This document shows positions 36,567 through 50,326 of a stretch of 64,000 nt of DNA, in pieces. Numbering within the stretch: the stretch's first letter is position 1; every line of letters begins with the position of its first letter. This DNA comes from Octopus vulgaris (lineage: Eukaryota), in assembly GCA_951406725.2 (NCBI GenBank), contig OX597817.1:51770001-51834000 (forward strand), given 5' to 3'. The position numbers and the translations under genes are program-made. Under the pieces are notes generated by a model that worked only from the letters and a program-made list of their open reading frames with translations, was not told the origin of the DNA and searched no databases.

Positions 36567-37748
36567 TATATTTACGTATTGGGCTAGCCTACTTCATCGT
36601 CTGGGGGCGTCGACACAACAGTATGCATGTACGTATATATGAAAAAAGAAAATATGGATAAATTAGCTGTTGATGAAATGAACGACGATAGTTAGAAAAT
36701 AGTGTCCAAGATATTAGTCGACAAGTTTGAGTCAAAGCTGATCTGATCCTGCTCTCATTTTCATGAAACGCATTGAGCACGCCACTAATTTCCTCATTAA
36801 TCCGAACCAAAGTGCACTTAATGCCATCAGAAACCGGCATGAATGTAGTCTTCTAGAACTATCAGGATTCTGGAGTCCATTATTGCATTTACCATTTCCC
36901 GGAGAAAAGCGATAGAAAGCGAACAGAACGATATCAATAAACAACTATGTAGGAATTATTTTTAAATAGCAAAACGCCGATACCAAAATACCCTTTATAA
37001 AATTTTTAATGCTTTTTAAAAATCAATTTGAAATTTTGTTCTATTGATATCCAAATGCTAATAATTATTTTTAATTTCATTTAAATAAAAATAAGAAATA
37101 CTTTTTCAAATAATAAATTTGGCAATCATAAATTTTTAATGCCCGATTCCATTTATTTATCAGTTTTAAACATATTTGAATAATTTTGCCTTTCAATTAA
37201 GCTTAATTATTTTGGTTGTTTTCCAAAAATAACAGAGATATGATTTTAAAAAAGACATCAGGTGTCATTCTCCCAGTTGTTCCCTTTTGCCTCAGAAGTT
37301 CCTTTCGTTTTTTGTTTGTTTGTTTTTTTATTCTACTTCATCAATTTTCACGACGTTTACAGAATTAAGTAAATTTTCATCTGGATTTTTAAGAGTAATT
37401 AAAACAAAAATATAGGAATAAAGAAAACGCCCGGAAGTTGTACCGAAGCGTTGCTTTTCACACAATTTTCCAACGCGTATAATTTATATGAAAAATGTTT
37501 CATACGAATTTCTTATTTCTTGTCTGATTCAAATTTTTATTTAAATGGTTTTAAAACATAATTAGTCGCATGTAAACACCAATGGAACAAAACAACTTCC
37601 TATGTTAGTTTGTTTTATTTTAACGTATCAAAAATTTCATAAATCGTGTTTTGGTTTTTGGCAATTTATTATTTTAAAATAATTTCTACAAAGCTGTTTA
37701 CTGTTATTCTTCTGCTCATTTTTTTCTCTCACTCTTTTTCTGGTCATC

Positions 37749-37929
37749 ATGTCTGGATATGGCAAGAACAGGAAAGAACTCTAGAGCCTTCGTAAATCAA
37801 TATGACATGGTTCAAGGCATCACTAAGCTGGCCATCTGATAGTTGGTTTCTCATCGTAGAGTCAAGCACATCTCCGGAGTAATCTAGAAGGAAATACGTT
37901 GTATGCTCACAGAATTTCTTGAAATTGTG
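37749..37929 (+). pseudogene. Histone H4 pseudogene (partial)
   Basis: MSGYGKNRKEL*, then after a frameshift YDMVQGITKLAI**LVSHRRVKHISGVI*KEIRCMLTEFLEIV. This aligns with H4 MSGRGKGGKGLG...[43 protein letters not shown]. Confidence 0.85.
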
Positions 37930-38606
37930 AACATTATCTATTTTCTGATTGGTGTCATTCATTTCATCTATTACACTTCTCTGACATTTTCTCCAATTCC
38001 GCTGAGGTCAATTTTGCGAGTTCGAACTCAGAACATAAAGAGTCAAAAGAAATACCGCTAAGTATTTTCCCGACGTGCTAATGATTCTGGCAGCTCGCTA
38101 CAGATTGGTTCTACTAAAACCAAAGGCAGGAACAACCACTCCAACGAGATTCCAACAGAGGAAGTCTTAAACACAAAAGACACTCACAGAAAAATAAGAA
38201 TCAGATCATAGCACCTAATCCTTACAACTGTTGGAAGTGAGGCATCAATAATTAAGTATCTGTGTTGACCAAACCTAAGATGATAGACCACAAACTAAAT
38301 TGCACTTAAGACATAAGAACTAAGTATACGGTCAATTGGCAGAGTCGTTAAAGCTTCCGACAGAATATACTGCTGTGTATGTTCTGAAGCTATGGGTTCA
38401 AATAGCGCCGATGTCAGATTTACCTTGTATCAGTTTATGGTCGATAAACAAAGAACCAGTCATACACATATTCGCTCTCTCTCACTATCTCGATGAAATT
38501 TACTGTATACAGAGATGGGTTCTGTCACGTTTTAACGCTCCAGACTGGCCTAATTCACGATGTTACATCATTGACTATATCAGATATTCAAAGCTCTTTT
38601 TATGTG

Positions 38607-39122
38607 TACCGTAAATCCTCGAGTATAATCCGCATTTTCCCCAAAAAAATTAAAGCTCAAAATCCCTGGTGCGTACTATATACGAGGTTAAAAATGAAAA
38701 TTATTTTCTAAGCAATGTCCGAGTCTCTATTTGCTGTCCGGCAATGTTTATTCAGACGCATTTTGTGATGTCGGGCGCGAAAATAACTTAAGCTAAGTCT
38801 GAAAGCAATGAAGTCATAAAAGAATCATCCATAACTTGCAAAAAGCAACATTTATTAAACGTTATTACCGTTATTTCTTTATTTTCTGCAAACAAATTCA
38901 CAAAAAAGCTACACGTTTGCAATATGTTATATATACAATAATAATAAAGGACGTTACCGGATACATTTTTTACAAACCAAGGACGTTATTTAGCCCTCCG
39001 TGACTCAAGTTAGAGAAGGGGTGCGTATTATACACAAGGTTTAGGTTTTTCAGAGGTACAGCCCCCTAAAAATCCCCTGCGTATTATACTCAAAGGCGGA
39101 CTATACTCGAGGATTTACGTTA
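38607..39122. mobile_element. pogo/Tigger-like MITE
   Basis: TACCGTAAATCCTCGAGTATA...TATACTCGAGGATTTACG TIRs with internal repeats of the GCGTATTATA motif. Confidence 0.75.
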
Positions 39123-39544
39123 TTTACGTTTCCTTCATCTAATGTGGTCATTTCTAATGTAATTTAATGGAGATTTGGTTATTATTTCTTGCTGGTCGAG
39201 CGACCCCATACAGGCTCCCACGTTAGCTTATGTCTGTATGTTTATTGTTGCAGGTATGACTAGGTTTCTGTGTGTTTTTATGTGTATGCGTACACGTGTG
39301 TGTGTGCGCGCGCGCACTTGAGTATGCATCACTGTATATGCAAGTATGTATATATGTACGCATTTATTTATGCATTTATAACGCATGTTTCCAGGTATAT
39401 ATGTGTACGTACATGTATGTATACTTGTGAGTGTATGTGGATGCGCTTGAGTATACATCGATGTGCATGCATGTACATATGTATGTATATATGCATGTAT
39501 ATACGTATGCATTCATGTATGCCTGTATATATGCATGCATCATG

Positions 39545-39903
39545 GTACTCCGTCGGTTGCGACAACGAGGGTCCCAGTTTATCTGATCAACGGAACAGCC
39601 TACTCATGAAATTAACGTGCAAGTGGCTGAGAACTCCACAGACACGTGTACCCTTATCGTAGTCCTCAGGGTGAGTCAGCGTGACACAGAGTGTGACAAG
39701 GTTGGCCCCTTTGAAATACAAGAACAGCAGAAACAGGAAGAAAGAGTGATGGAAAGTTGTGGTGAAAGAGTACAGCTGGGTTCGCCACCACCCTCTGTCG
39801 GAGCCTCGTGGAGCTTTAAGTGCTTTCGCTCAATAAACACTCACGGTCTTGGAATTGAAACCGCGAGTCCGCTGCTCGAAACACTGGGCCATTGTGCCTC
39901 CAC
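39545..39903 (-). mobile_element. SINE family C
   Basis: Near full-length reverse complement copy. Confidence 0.85.
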
Positions 39904-40616
39904 ATATGCATACATTATGTATGTATGAATATACGTATGTATGTTTGCATGTTGTCATTCCTTGTGTGTATGTGTGTACGTATACTTGCATGTATATGTG
40001 CGTGTGTGTGTGTGTGAACGAGAGAGAGAGAGACAGAGAAGGAACCGATGGTTTTAGCATTCTGCATCAAGATTACATTGATGCTGGTCGTATTTCAATA
40101 AGAAATATTTTTATTGATTTTCAACAACAATAACAACAACAATTAATAAACAACGGGAACTGGAACAAACAACGACAACAATACAAACAACAGCAACATT
40201 ACAGAAACACTTTACCAAAGGCTTTTGTCGTTATTTACAGGATATATATAAAAAAAAAAACTAATCTAACAGCATAACGTGAACAAATCCTTTTCACTGA
40301 CGGAAATATGAAACAAAAAAAACCACCGAAGTTTCAAACTTAAAGCCGAGAGATTTGTCTCTAAGATTAGAAAGTTGTGGATGTAAAAATTTAGTACGGC
40401 CATTGTTTGTATTGTATTTTTAGTCTATTATTTTTTTTTGCTTCGGTTTTTCTTTTTTTTTTTTGGTGCTTTATAGAAGTTGATGGGTTGGTGGTGGTGG
40501 GGTTCGTGTTCATACTTTTGATGTTGCGAACGATGCTATGCAATATTCACACGTGTGTGTTGCAGATCACACGCGCACATACAGATATATGCACAGATAT
40601 ATAAGCACGTTGGTAC

Positions 40617-41272
40617 ATGTGTGTATGTGTGTATTTACGAGCGTGTGTTGACGTATGGATATGTGTATACACCTATATATATATATGTATGAGTGTGCGT
40701 GAGCATATATGTGTATGCAGGTATGTGTTTATACACACACACACACATGCATACATGTATATATATATATATATATACATATATATATACACACATATAA
40801 TATATATTATGTGTGTGTGTATACATTCTGATATACGTGTATATATGTAAGTGTGTATATATACATATGTATAAATATATATATACACACATATATAAAC
40901 ATATATATATATACAAATGTATGTATATATACATATACGCATAATTATATATATATTTATACCTATATATTTATGCATATATATATATATTTACACATGT
41001 ATAGAGATAAACATACATTTATATAAATATATATGAATATACATACATATGTATATATATACACATATGTGTGCTTATATATATGTATACCTTTGTCATA
41101 TATATATATATATGTGTGTGTATATATATATACCTTTGTGTCATATATATATGTGTGTGTATATATACCTTTGTGTCATATATATATATATATATTTTTA
41201 TATATATACATACATATGTGTGTATATATTTATATATATACACACACCTTTGTGTCATCCAATATATATATA
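40617..41272. repeat. Compound TA/TG/CA microsatellite with a repeated cctttgtgtcat motif
   Basis: Directly visible. Confidence 0.9.
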
Positions 41273-41684
41273 TGACAATGTTAACAAGTGTGTGATGAAA
41301 GAGAAATGAAACGAAAAATCTCACACTATCAAGTGAAATTTCTCTGCTCAAAGTTATCCTGAGTAAATAAGGCAAACACAAAACATGGATGTGTACTTCA
41401 GATTACAAAAGAAAAAAGTTAAAAAACGCTCCGGTACTTGTGAGAAGAACTTACTTAACACCACAATCGTGAACTAAATTCTATTGGTCTATCTTCTAGT
41501 TTATCTTTTATTTATTGTTAACCCTTGATATTTAGATAAATCAATTAACAACAAAGTTGTTATCATAACTTATTTGTCTGTACGAATACATTATTAATAG
41601 TGAACCAAGAGTAACATTTTATGGTAACGACTTTAGCACGGTTAGTTTTCTGCAAGAAGATTACACAAATTTCAGTAAATAAAC

Positions 41685-42028
41685 AAAACGCGGTTTCGAG
41701 TCCCATTCCCAGACCGGGCATTGTGAGTGTTTATTCAGCGAAAACACCTAAAGTTCCACAAGGCTCCGGCAGTGAGGCGGTGGCGAACCCTGCTGTACTC
41801 TTTCACCACAACTTTCTCTCACTCTTTCTTCCTGTTGCTCTTGTACATGTATTTCAAAGGGGCCAGTTTTATCACACTCTGTATCACGCTGAATCTCCCC
41901 GAGAACTACGTTAAGGGCACATGTGTCTGTGGAGAGCTCAGCCACTTACATGTTAATTTCACGAGCAGGCTGTTCCGTTGATTGGATCAATTGGACCGAC
42001 CCTCATCGCCGTAACCGTCGGAGTGACA
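41685..42028 (+). mobile_element. SINE family C
   Basis: cccagaccgggcattgtg...gtaaccgtcggagtg. Confidence 0.85.
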
Positions 42029-42138
42029 CTGTTATTACTACTATACCTGAAGTTGTATTTTTCTACTTGCTATAATTACGACAATTGCTGGTACAGCAGC
42101 TTTTAGTTTTGCTGCTGGTGTTATTACTGCTAATACTA

Positions 42139-42415
42139 AGGTGGCGAGCTGGCAGAAACGTTAGCACGCCGGGCGAAGTGCTTTGCGGTATTTCGTCTGC
42201 CGTTACGTTCTGAGTTCAAATTCCGCCGAGGTCGACTTTGCCTTTCATCCTTTCGGGGTCCATAAATTAAGTACCAGTTACGCACTGGGGTCTATGTAAT
42301 CGACTTAATCCGTTTGTTTGTCCTTGTTTGTTTCCTCTGTGTTTAGCCCCTTGTGGGTAGTAAAGAAATAGGTATTTCGCCCGTCGCTACGTTCTGAGTT
42401 CCAAATCCGCCGAGG
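42139..42415 (+). mobile_element. SINE family A plus start of a second unit
   Basis: Full copy followed by the aaagaaata|ggtatttcg junction. Confidence 0.87.
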
Positions 42416-43579
42416 AATCAGTGTGCAACTACTGCAAATTTGATACTCACCACTAAGGGAAAACCTACTGACTGAACAGTTAGAAATTTGCATTTCCAGG
42501 TCTTTTAACCACTGCTTCGGTGGGACAATCTCCTACACAACAATCTTATCCGTATTTTTTTTCTTTTTGCCATGTCCAAAGCAACAGTTCACAAAAAAAG
42601 GAAAGAGAGAATTCAAAAGAAAACAAAAGGGAAGAAGAAAGAAATAAAAACAAACAGTTCAATAAAAAGTCGCAATTGAAGAAGAAAACAATAGTTCAGA
42701 AAAAAGAAAACACAGCAAAAAAATCTTCTGGGCATTCATGTACTCCAAGCCCTTATGGTACTCCAATTCGAACCTGGACTGCTCCACTTGAATACAGCTT
42801 TCCAACGTAGTCGTAAAATACACACTATTTAAAAACGGCGAACGACTTTCGGTGGTAGGATAGACACCAAACTATATTTCTCACAATGAGAAAAAAACAT
42901 TTTCACTTCATGTGAACACTTGAAATACAGTTTTCCAATAATGGTAAATATTGTTTTTGTAAAAACAAAGTATTTGAAGGATACGCCCACCAGACCATGA
43001 GAGAAAAAAATCTTCATTTACTGTGGACTACATTGCTGAACCACAAGTAGACCAACATTCTGAATTCAGTGAGGATTCCCTGATTGTAAAACATATAAGC
43101 ACAGACAACGACCCTCACCGAGTCCAAGAGAAAAGACTTACCTTGCAGCAGCTTCTTTTGACAGGCTAAACACAGCCGGCTATCTTCTTCGGTGATACGC
43201 AATGGCGCATGCGCACACTGACAATAAAGACTCGTGGAAAGCAAACTACGTACCACACAGCCACTCCTACGCCTATCGTTTTTTCTTCAAGAGACGATCA
43301 TCAATGTTAGAAACAAATAGAAAACCATTTTGAGCACAATTTTTCTCAGAAACCAAACGCGACAATTCTCTTAAAGAAACGAAAATATTAATGCTATTTT
43401 GCAAAGATTTTATAGACATGACAAATGTAAATCTTGCAAAATCTACAACTGACAAAAAAAGTGCTAAATTAAAACGACAAAGTGTTATCTATTTTAAATG
43501 ATTTAATTTTAACTGACAGCGATTTTTTATTAAGAAACAGTGTGCTATACGTGTGACATTAATCTTATATTGCGGAAAT

Positions 43580-43790
43580 GCGGCGAACTGGCGGAAACGT
43601 TAGCACGCCGGGTGAAATGCTTAGCAGTATTACGTCTGCCGTTACGTTCTGAGTTCAAATTCCGCCGAGGTCGACTTTTCCTTTCATCCTTTTAAAGTCG
43701 ATAAATTAAGTACCAGTTGCGCACTGGAGTCGATCTAATTGACTGGCTCCCTCCCCAAAAATGTCGGGTCTTGTGTCTAGAGTAGAAAAT
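43580..43790 (+). mobile_element. SINE family A (alternative tail)
   Basis: Head and central domain as family A; tail as at 2560-2630. Confidence 0.82.
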
Positions 43791-44138
43791 AATCTTTTAT
43801 TGTGGAGGTGCAATGGCCCAGTAGTTAGGGCAGCGGACTCGTGGTCGTGGGATCGCAGTTTCGATTCCCAGACCGCGCGTTGTGAGTGTTTATTGAGTAA
43901 AAACACCTAAAACTCCACAAAGCTCCGGTAGTTCTTTCAGTGTTTCTAATCCCTGGCCAAAGAACATTCCAGCAAACCGTCGTATATATATGTGCATGTC
44001 TATGTATGTATTTTTACTTAAGTCCTTCAAAGAATTCAACAGAAAAAACAAGACTTTTCGTGTAGAGGCATCCCAGTGTTTGTTGAGTCGATGTATTGGT
44101 TGCGCTGTATATATGTAGGCATGCATGTACCATTCGCG

Positions 44139-44329
44139 ATGATAGATCGTTAGCCACTATATCTATTTTCTCACCCTGTTTATTTCTGTGTTCCTTTCTA
44201 TCGAAGAGCGTAGGCTCGAAACGTAAAAGACTTTCTCACTTCCCGAGCATTAAACTAATACATCTGTTTATTGTTTACACACCCGTCTTCGTCTATTGTT
44301 TTGTTGTTTTTGTTTTTGTAAATTCCAAC

Positions 44330-44330
<1 letters not shown>
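44139..44330 (+). mobile_element. Short microsatellite-associated element with hammerhead-like motif (44194-44229), copy 2
   Basis: Same sequence family as 35267-35446; the 3' end runs into (TA)n. Confidence 0.6.
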
Positions 44331-44415
<85 letters not shown>

Positions 44416-44419
<4 letters not shown>

Positions 44420-45030
44420 CCAAAAATAATGCCGTTTTTTCAATTGCATGAACAGAAAGTTAGAGGGGACGAGATAAACTACCTGCATTAACGTGCTATA
44501 AAAGCAGGGAGTAATTTTACCTTGGAATTGCCGTTCGATTATATCATTTTTTTTTCAAGGCTATAATGGAAGTAGCAAAGGAGCATATTCGGAATATTTT
44601 GTTATATAAGTTTAATAAAGGCAACAAGGTAACGGAAAATGCAAGGAATATTAATGCAGTAGATGGGGATCGGACAATAAGCATAAGCCAGTGTCAACGG
44701 TTGTTCCAGAAATTCCGAGTCGGAAACTACAGCTTAGAAGACGAGCCTCGTCCTGGAAGATCTGTAGAGCTCGACGCGGATGCCCTGCAAACCCTGGTCT
44801 AACATAATCCCATCGTAACTGTTGTGAACTAGCAGATAATATTGCGTGCTATCAGAAAAGTCAGGCAATTGGATCAATGGCTTTCTCACAAACATACCGA
44901 GTCTAGTCGCGCGCAGAGAGTGAATGTGTGCTCTTGTTTGCTGTCATGTCTCAGGAATGAACCTTTTTTGGACCGAATAGTGACTGGTGGCAAGAAATGG
45001 ATTCTCTATAAAAATGCCAAGCGCCGAAGA
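44416..45030 (+). mobile_element. Degenerate mariner transposon, 5' part
   Basis: MEVAKEHIRNILLYKFNKG...FQKFRVGNYSLEDEPRPGR, WLSHKHTE (cf. WVPHEL), FLDRIVTGGKKWILY (cf. RIVTGDEKW); stops and frameshift. Confidence 0.88.
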
Positions 45031-45859
45031 CACGGCGGCGTGAGAGAGAATAAAACTTGAGATTTTCTAGTTGACCCCAATAATCAAGGCCTCTCATGCC
45101 ATCTATCTTTTTTTGTAATTGCCTTTGAGGTGCTTCAATTTTCATGATACTTCGTTTCGTATGGGGGGACCACAGTGGACAACAGTATTCAAAGTAGGAT
45201 CGAACAAAAAGGGAGAATAGAAGGATAACGGTGTGGATATCTCTCAATTGGAAAGTTCTGAGAATCCAGGAACACATTCTGCAGGCCATGTCAACTTTGC
45301 TGTTTATATGAGCGACCCAGCTTATGTTGTTGTCCACAATTACTCCCAAGTCTCTGATGTTGTTGGAAGCCATGAAAGTTTCACCTGAAGGAAGGGAGTA
45401 TGGGAGTTTCAGAGTATGCTCTTTTCCAAAGCGGACTAATTCAAATTTATCCTTGTTCAGTAGCATATTATTCTTTGCCGCTCATTGAATGACAGCTTTT
45501 AGATTTGGATGAAGGCACGTCCGGTTACCCACTTCATTGATGACTTTGTGGATCTTGGAATCATCTGCAAATATTTTTATGTTACTGTGCTTGATGATGT
45601 AAGTAGTTTCATTGATATAGATTATGAAGAGAAGTGGGTCCAACACGGTGCCTTGTGGAACACCGCTACTAACTTTGGCTGGGCTTGATTTTACTCCTTC
45701 GACTACAACGTGTTGGGTTCTGCCTGTCAGGAAACCCTTGATCCATTGTAATAACTTTCCAGAAACACCAGTGCTGGATAGTTTTCTCAAAAGGATCTTA
45801 TGATCAACCCTGTCAAAGACCTTGCTGAAATCAAGGTAGATGACATCAGTATTAGAGCC
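45031..45859 (-). mobile_element. CR1-group LINE reverse transcriptase fragment (degenerate)
   Basis: DVIYLDFSKVFDRVDH, SGVPQGTVLDPLLFIIYIN, IFADDSK, RDLGVIVD, VRSYFEYCCPLWSPH; contains stops. Confidence 0.88.
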
Positions 45860-45975
45860 CTTTCACAAAGCTTATTTGGTTGTTTGTCTAGGGTATTATT
45901 TTTGGTTAAGTAAAAAATCATATTTATGAGTTTGTATGTAAACACGTGGTTAAAGATATATGTATAAACGGTCAG

Positions 45976-46042
<67 letters not shown>

Positions 46043-46044
<2 letters not shown>

Positions 46045-46212
46045 GGAAATTACACAAAAACAATAGATGAAGACAGGTCTATAAACAACAAGCAACTCGG
46101 GAAAGTGAGAAAGTTTTTCACGTTTCGAGCCTACGTTCTTCAACTGAAAGGAACACAAGGAAATAAACAGGGAGAGAATTTTTAAATGCTTTTGTAGTTA
46201 GCGGTCAATCAT
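46043..46212 (-). mobile_element. Short microsatellite-associated element with degenerate hammerhead-like motif (46115-46150), copy 3
   Basis: Reverse complement of the same family; the 3' end runs into (TC)n(TA)n. Confidence 0.55.
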
Positions 46213-46676
46213 ACACACATACATTTTATCTCTTATTATAAAAGGCAGATTTTATCTGCCTCCCTTTGGGAGTTATACAAATCTACAATATAGGATTTCT
46301 TCAATTACAATTTACCTGGCATTTTTAAGAGTACAATGCATCGCGTCATGCCAGGTCCAGTTTTTAAAATTTAAACTCCAATTAAGCAAAATTTACAGAA
46401 AACTCACATTCTGGTGTGTGTGTCAAATGCTTTTCTTAGTCTGGTTTACACCACACGCAAACGCACACACACAGTGGGCAACGAATAAAATGAAAGTAAA
46501 TAGCGGACAGAGTGATTTGAGGAAGACTAAAGTGAAAGTATTCTGTCTATGACGATGATAGATACATGAGTAAAATGTATGGGAAGCTAAGAGCTAAGAG
46601 TGAGTGAAAATGTTCTTGGAAGAGAGTAATTAGTAATAAAGTAAACATACACTCATACATACATACATACATACAT

Positions 46677-46709
<33 letters not shown>

Positions 46710-47009
46710 TACACACACACATACATACACACACACATACATACATACATACATATACATACATAATACATACATATACATACATACATACACACACACA
46801 CATACACACACACACAGTATTGAAGCTTGAGAACAATCAGATACATTTGCAACACATCTGTTGAAAATATTATTGTTCACACACATACATATACATATAT
46901 ACATACAGACAGACAGACAGATAGACACACACACACACACACACACACACATGATCCAGCATGGCCACAACCTCAAGGCTGAAACATATAAAAGAATAAC
47001 AGAATATAA

Positions 47010-47370
47010 ATGTGTGCAAAGTACAAGAAATATTAATGCAGTATATGGGGATTGGACAATAAGCGTAAGGCAGTGTCAATGGTGGTTCCAGAAATCCCGA
47101 GCCATAAACTACAGCCTAGAAGACGAGCCTCATCCTGAAAGATCTGTAGAACTCGACAAGGACATCCTGAAAACCCTGGTGGAACAAAATATCATCGTAA
47201 CTGTTGAGGAACTAGCAGAGAAGCTTGGATTTGGTCATTCAACCATTCATTGACACCTGTGTGCTATCGGAAAAGTAAGCAAATTGGGTCAATGGGTTCC
47301 TCACGAACTTTCCGAGTCTAATTGCATGCAGAGAGTGAATGTATGCTTTTCTTTGCTGTCATATCTCACC
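47010..47370 (+). mobile_element. Second fragment of the same mariner family
   Basis: RNINAVYGDWTISVRQCQWWFQK...SLEDEPHPERS...TVEELAEKLG...KLGQWVPHELS. Confidence 0.85.
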
Positions 47371-47388
47371 ACTACTGCGCTATGTATA

Positions 47389-48021
47389 TCTATATATATA
47401 AAACTGTAGTTGTGTGAGTGTCTGTCCCCTTCGATTTAGATTCCTAACTACTCCCACATTTTGCGGTACAGTTTAACCAAATTCGGGTAGCTTATAGTCG
47501 TGATTCATATCGAGCCCGTCTGAATATTAGCGCGCGTCTACGATGAGTCTACGATTTTTAAAATAATTTAACATTTTTTATTCCATTTTAATGCATAATT
47601 TTTCGTGTGTCGATGGCGGCGGAGTTGGCGTCCACGCTCACACCTGCACCTGTGGGGAAGGGAGTGTAAGGAAATCAACGTCGTAATGCGTTGTCAAGGA
47701 GACCAGTGTTCTTTTAGAACAACGACTTCATGGCTTGAAGACACCAAAACAGAAATGGCTAAGAAAGCGTCTACATGAGTCTACGATTTAAAAAAAAATT
47801 TACCATCGTTTTTTTTCCATTTTAATGCATTTTTTCGCTATTATATAAGGGAAGTAACTCTCTAAAAATGTCTACGATGAGTCAACGATTTTTAAAAAAA
47901 TTACCATCATATTTTTTCCATTTTTAATGCATTTTTTGCTATTTTTTGGCTATAACTCTCTAAAAATGCTTATATAGTTATTTCCCTTACAAACCCGAGC
48001 AACGCCGGGCGATACTGCTAG
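47389..48021 (+). mobile_element. Non-autonomous Helitron, copy 2
   Basis: TCTATATATATAAAA...cccgagcaacgccgggcgatactgCTAG; homologous to 17195-17587 with an extra internal segment. Confidence 0.8.
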
Positions 48022-48325
48022 TATATATATATATGTGTGTGTGTGTGCGTGTGTGTGTGTGTGCGTGTGTGTGTGCGTGTGTGTGTGTCTGTAGGTATGC
48101 ATATATATATATGTACATGTATGTATATATGTATGTATACATATATATAAGTATATATATGTATATATATATATATATGTACGTATATATATATATATAT
48201 ACATACATATATTTATATATATATATGCAATATATATATGTATATATAAATATTATCTATGCGTATATATCTATGTATATATGCAAACATACATACATAC
48301 ATACATACATACATACATACATACA

Positions 48326-48359
<34 letters not shown>

Positions 48360-49030
48360 CAATTTACCAGTTTTACATTTGATTTTAACGTGTGTGGAGC
48401 TGTGTTGAAAACTGCGTATCTGCGATGGACTTTCACACACTCTCTGACGAGCAAACTATATTCAGAAGTCACATTATTCAACCAGAATATCCAACGAAAC
48501 CTCCTTCCAAAAGGAAAAGCTTAATGGTATAAAAACGAGAACCTCGACGTTGCAAAACAACCTTCTCTAACCTCACGTCTAACCGTTCTGAATTTGAAAT
48601 CTCGATGCATTAAAACATTGCTTTTCAACTCCTTCTTCTGAGGGCCAATAAAATATACATGAGCGATGTAACTTATTAAATTTAATCGACTCTGTCCTCT
48701 CCTAAATGCAGCTGAGGGTCTTGCCAGTGTGTGATATCTTTGTGATTCATGTTGGTATTATTGCCTGCTTTAAAAAGCTGCAGTTTATTCAAATATTTCC
48801 ATATTTCCATGTAAGCCATCTACTTTTGGCCTTCCGTAGGATTTTATTGCTTCAGTCTGCTTCAGCATGAAAACAGGATTTCTAGCAGACTGGAGCATTT
48901 TATTACTGTTGTTGTCATCGCTCTTATTACTTTCGATAAAATAGGTTAGCAATAAATAAAACTTATATGAGGGACAACCGCAGTTTACTGAATAAACATA
49001 CTTTTATTTTGTTATATTTTTATATTTAAA

Positions 49031-49542
49031 CTAGCAGTATCGCCCGGCGTTGCTCGGGTTTGTAAGGGAAATAACTATATAAGCATTTTTAGAGAGTTAC
49101 TTCCCTTATAGATGCCAATTCGGGCTTTCTTAGCCATTTCTGTTTTGGTGTCTTCAAGCCATGAAGTCGTTGTTCTAAAAGAACGCTGGTCTCCTTGACA
49201 ACGCTTTACGACGTTGATTTCCTTACACTCCCTTCCCCACATCTTCACGAGGGAGGGAAGAAGGGGAGAAGCAAACAGGTGCAGGTGTGACCATGGACGC
49301 CAACTCCGCCGCCATCGACACACGAAAAATTATGCATTAAAATGGAATAAAAAATGATGTTAAATTATTTTTTAAATCGTAGACTCATCGTAGACGCGCG
49401 CTACTACTCAGACGGGTTCGATATGAATCACGACTATAATATATCCGAATTTGGTTAAACTGCACCGCAAAATGTGGGAGTAGTTAGGAATCTAAATCGA
49501 AGGGGACAGACACTCACACAACTACAGTTTTATATATATAGA
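49031..49542 (-). mobile_element. Non-autonomous Helitron, copy 3
   Basis: Reverse complement of the same family (ctagcagtatcgcccggcgttgctcggg ... tatatataga). Confidence 0.8.
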
Positions 49543-49554
49543 TATATTATTGTA

Positions 49555-49769
49555 TACTCTTTTACTTGTTTCAGTATTTGACTGCGGCTATGCTAGAGCA
49601 CCGCCTTTATTCGAGCAAATCGACCGCAGGACTTATTCTTTGTAAGCCTAGTACTTACTCTATCATTCTCTCTTGCCGAACCGCTAAGTTATGGGGACGT
49701 AAACACACCGCCATCGTTTGTCAAGCGGTGCTGGGGGGGATAAACACAGACACACAAACATATACATAT

Positions 49770-49816
<47 letters not shown>

Positions 49817-49997
49817 CATATACGACGAGTTTCTTTCAGTTGATGGGCTTCTTTCAGTTTCCGTCTACCAAATCCACTCACAAGGCTTTGGTCGGCGCGA
49901 GGCTAAAGTAGAAAACACTTGCCCAAGGTGCCACGCAGTGGGAATGAACCCGGAACCATGTGGTTGGTAAGCAAGCTACGTACCACACAGCCACTCA
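49555..49997 (-). mobile_element. SINE family B
   Basis: Reverse complement copy with internal microsatellite. Confidence 0.87.
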
Positions 49998-50246
49998 GAC
50001 TTCTTTATCTACGTTAAGTTTCTTTGCTATTGATAGCACGCGGTCAACATTTATAGAGCAGACATATAATGAAAAGTTATCCAGCCATGACCCTTCTATC
50101 AATTCTCTATATCCAGTATGTCCGCTTCTAAATTGAAAACCTGTGAAAGGACAGATGAAGTCATGAAAGTCAGCAGCCATCTAATACTATGTATAGAAGC
50201 TTAATCCTGTTAGTTCTCGTGGACAGCGGTAGTTCCTACAGCAATC

Positions 50247-50326
<80 letters not shown>

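Noticed and set aside
43135-43148. U1 snRNA-like 5' end (acttaccttgcag)
   Set aside because: No U1 body follows; better explained as the complement of a splice donor.
43273-43455. Possible SGNH/esterase-like LINE ORF1 remnant
   Set aside because: Similarity is vague and no catalytic motifs are visible.
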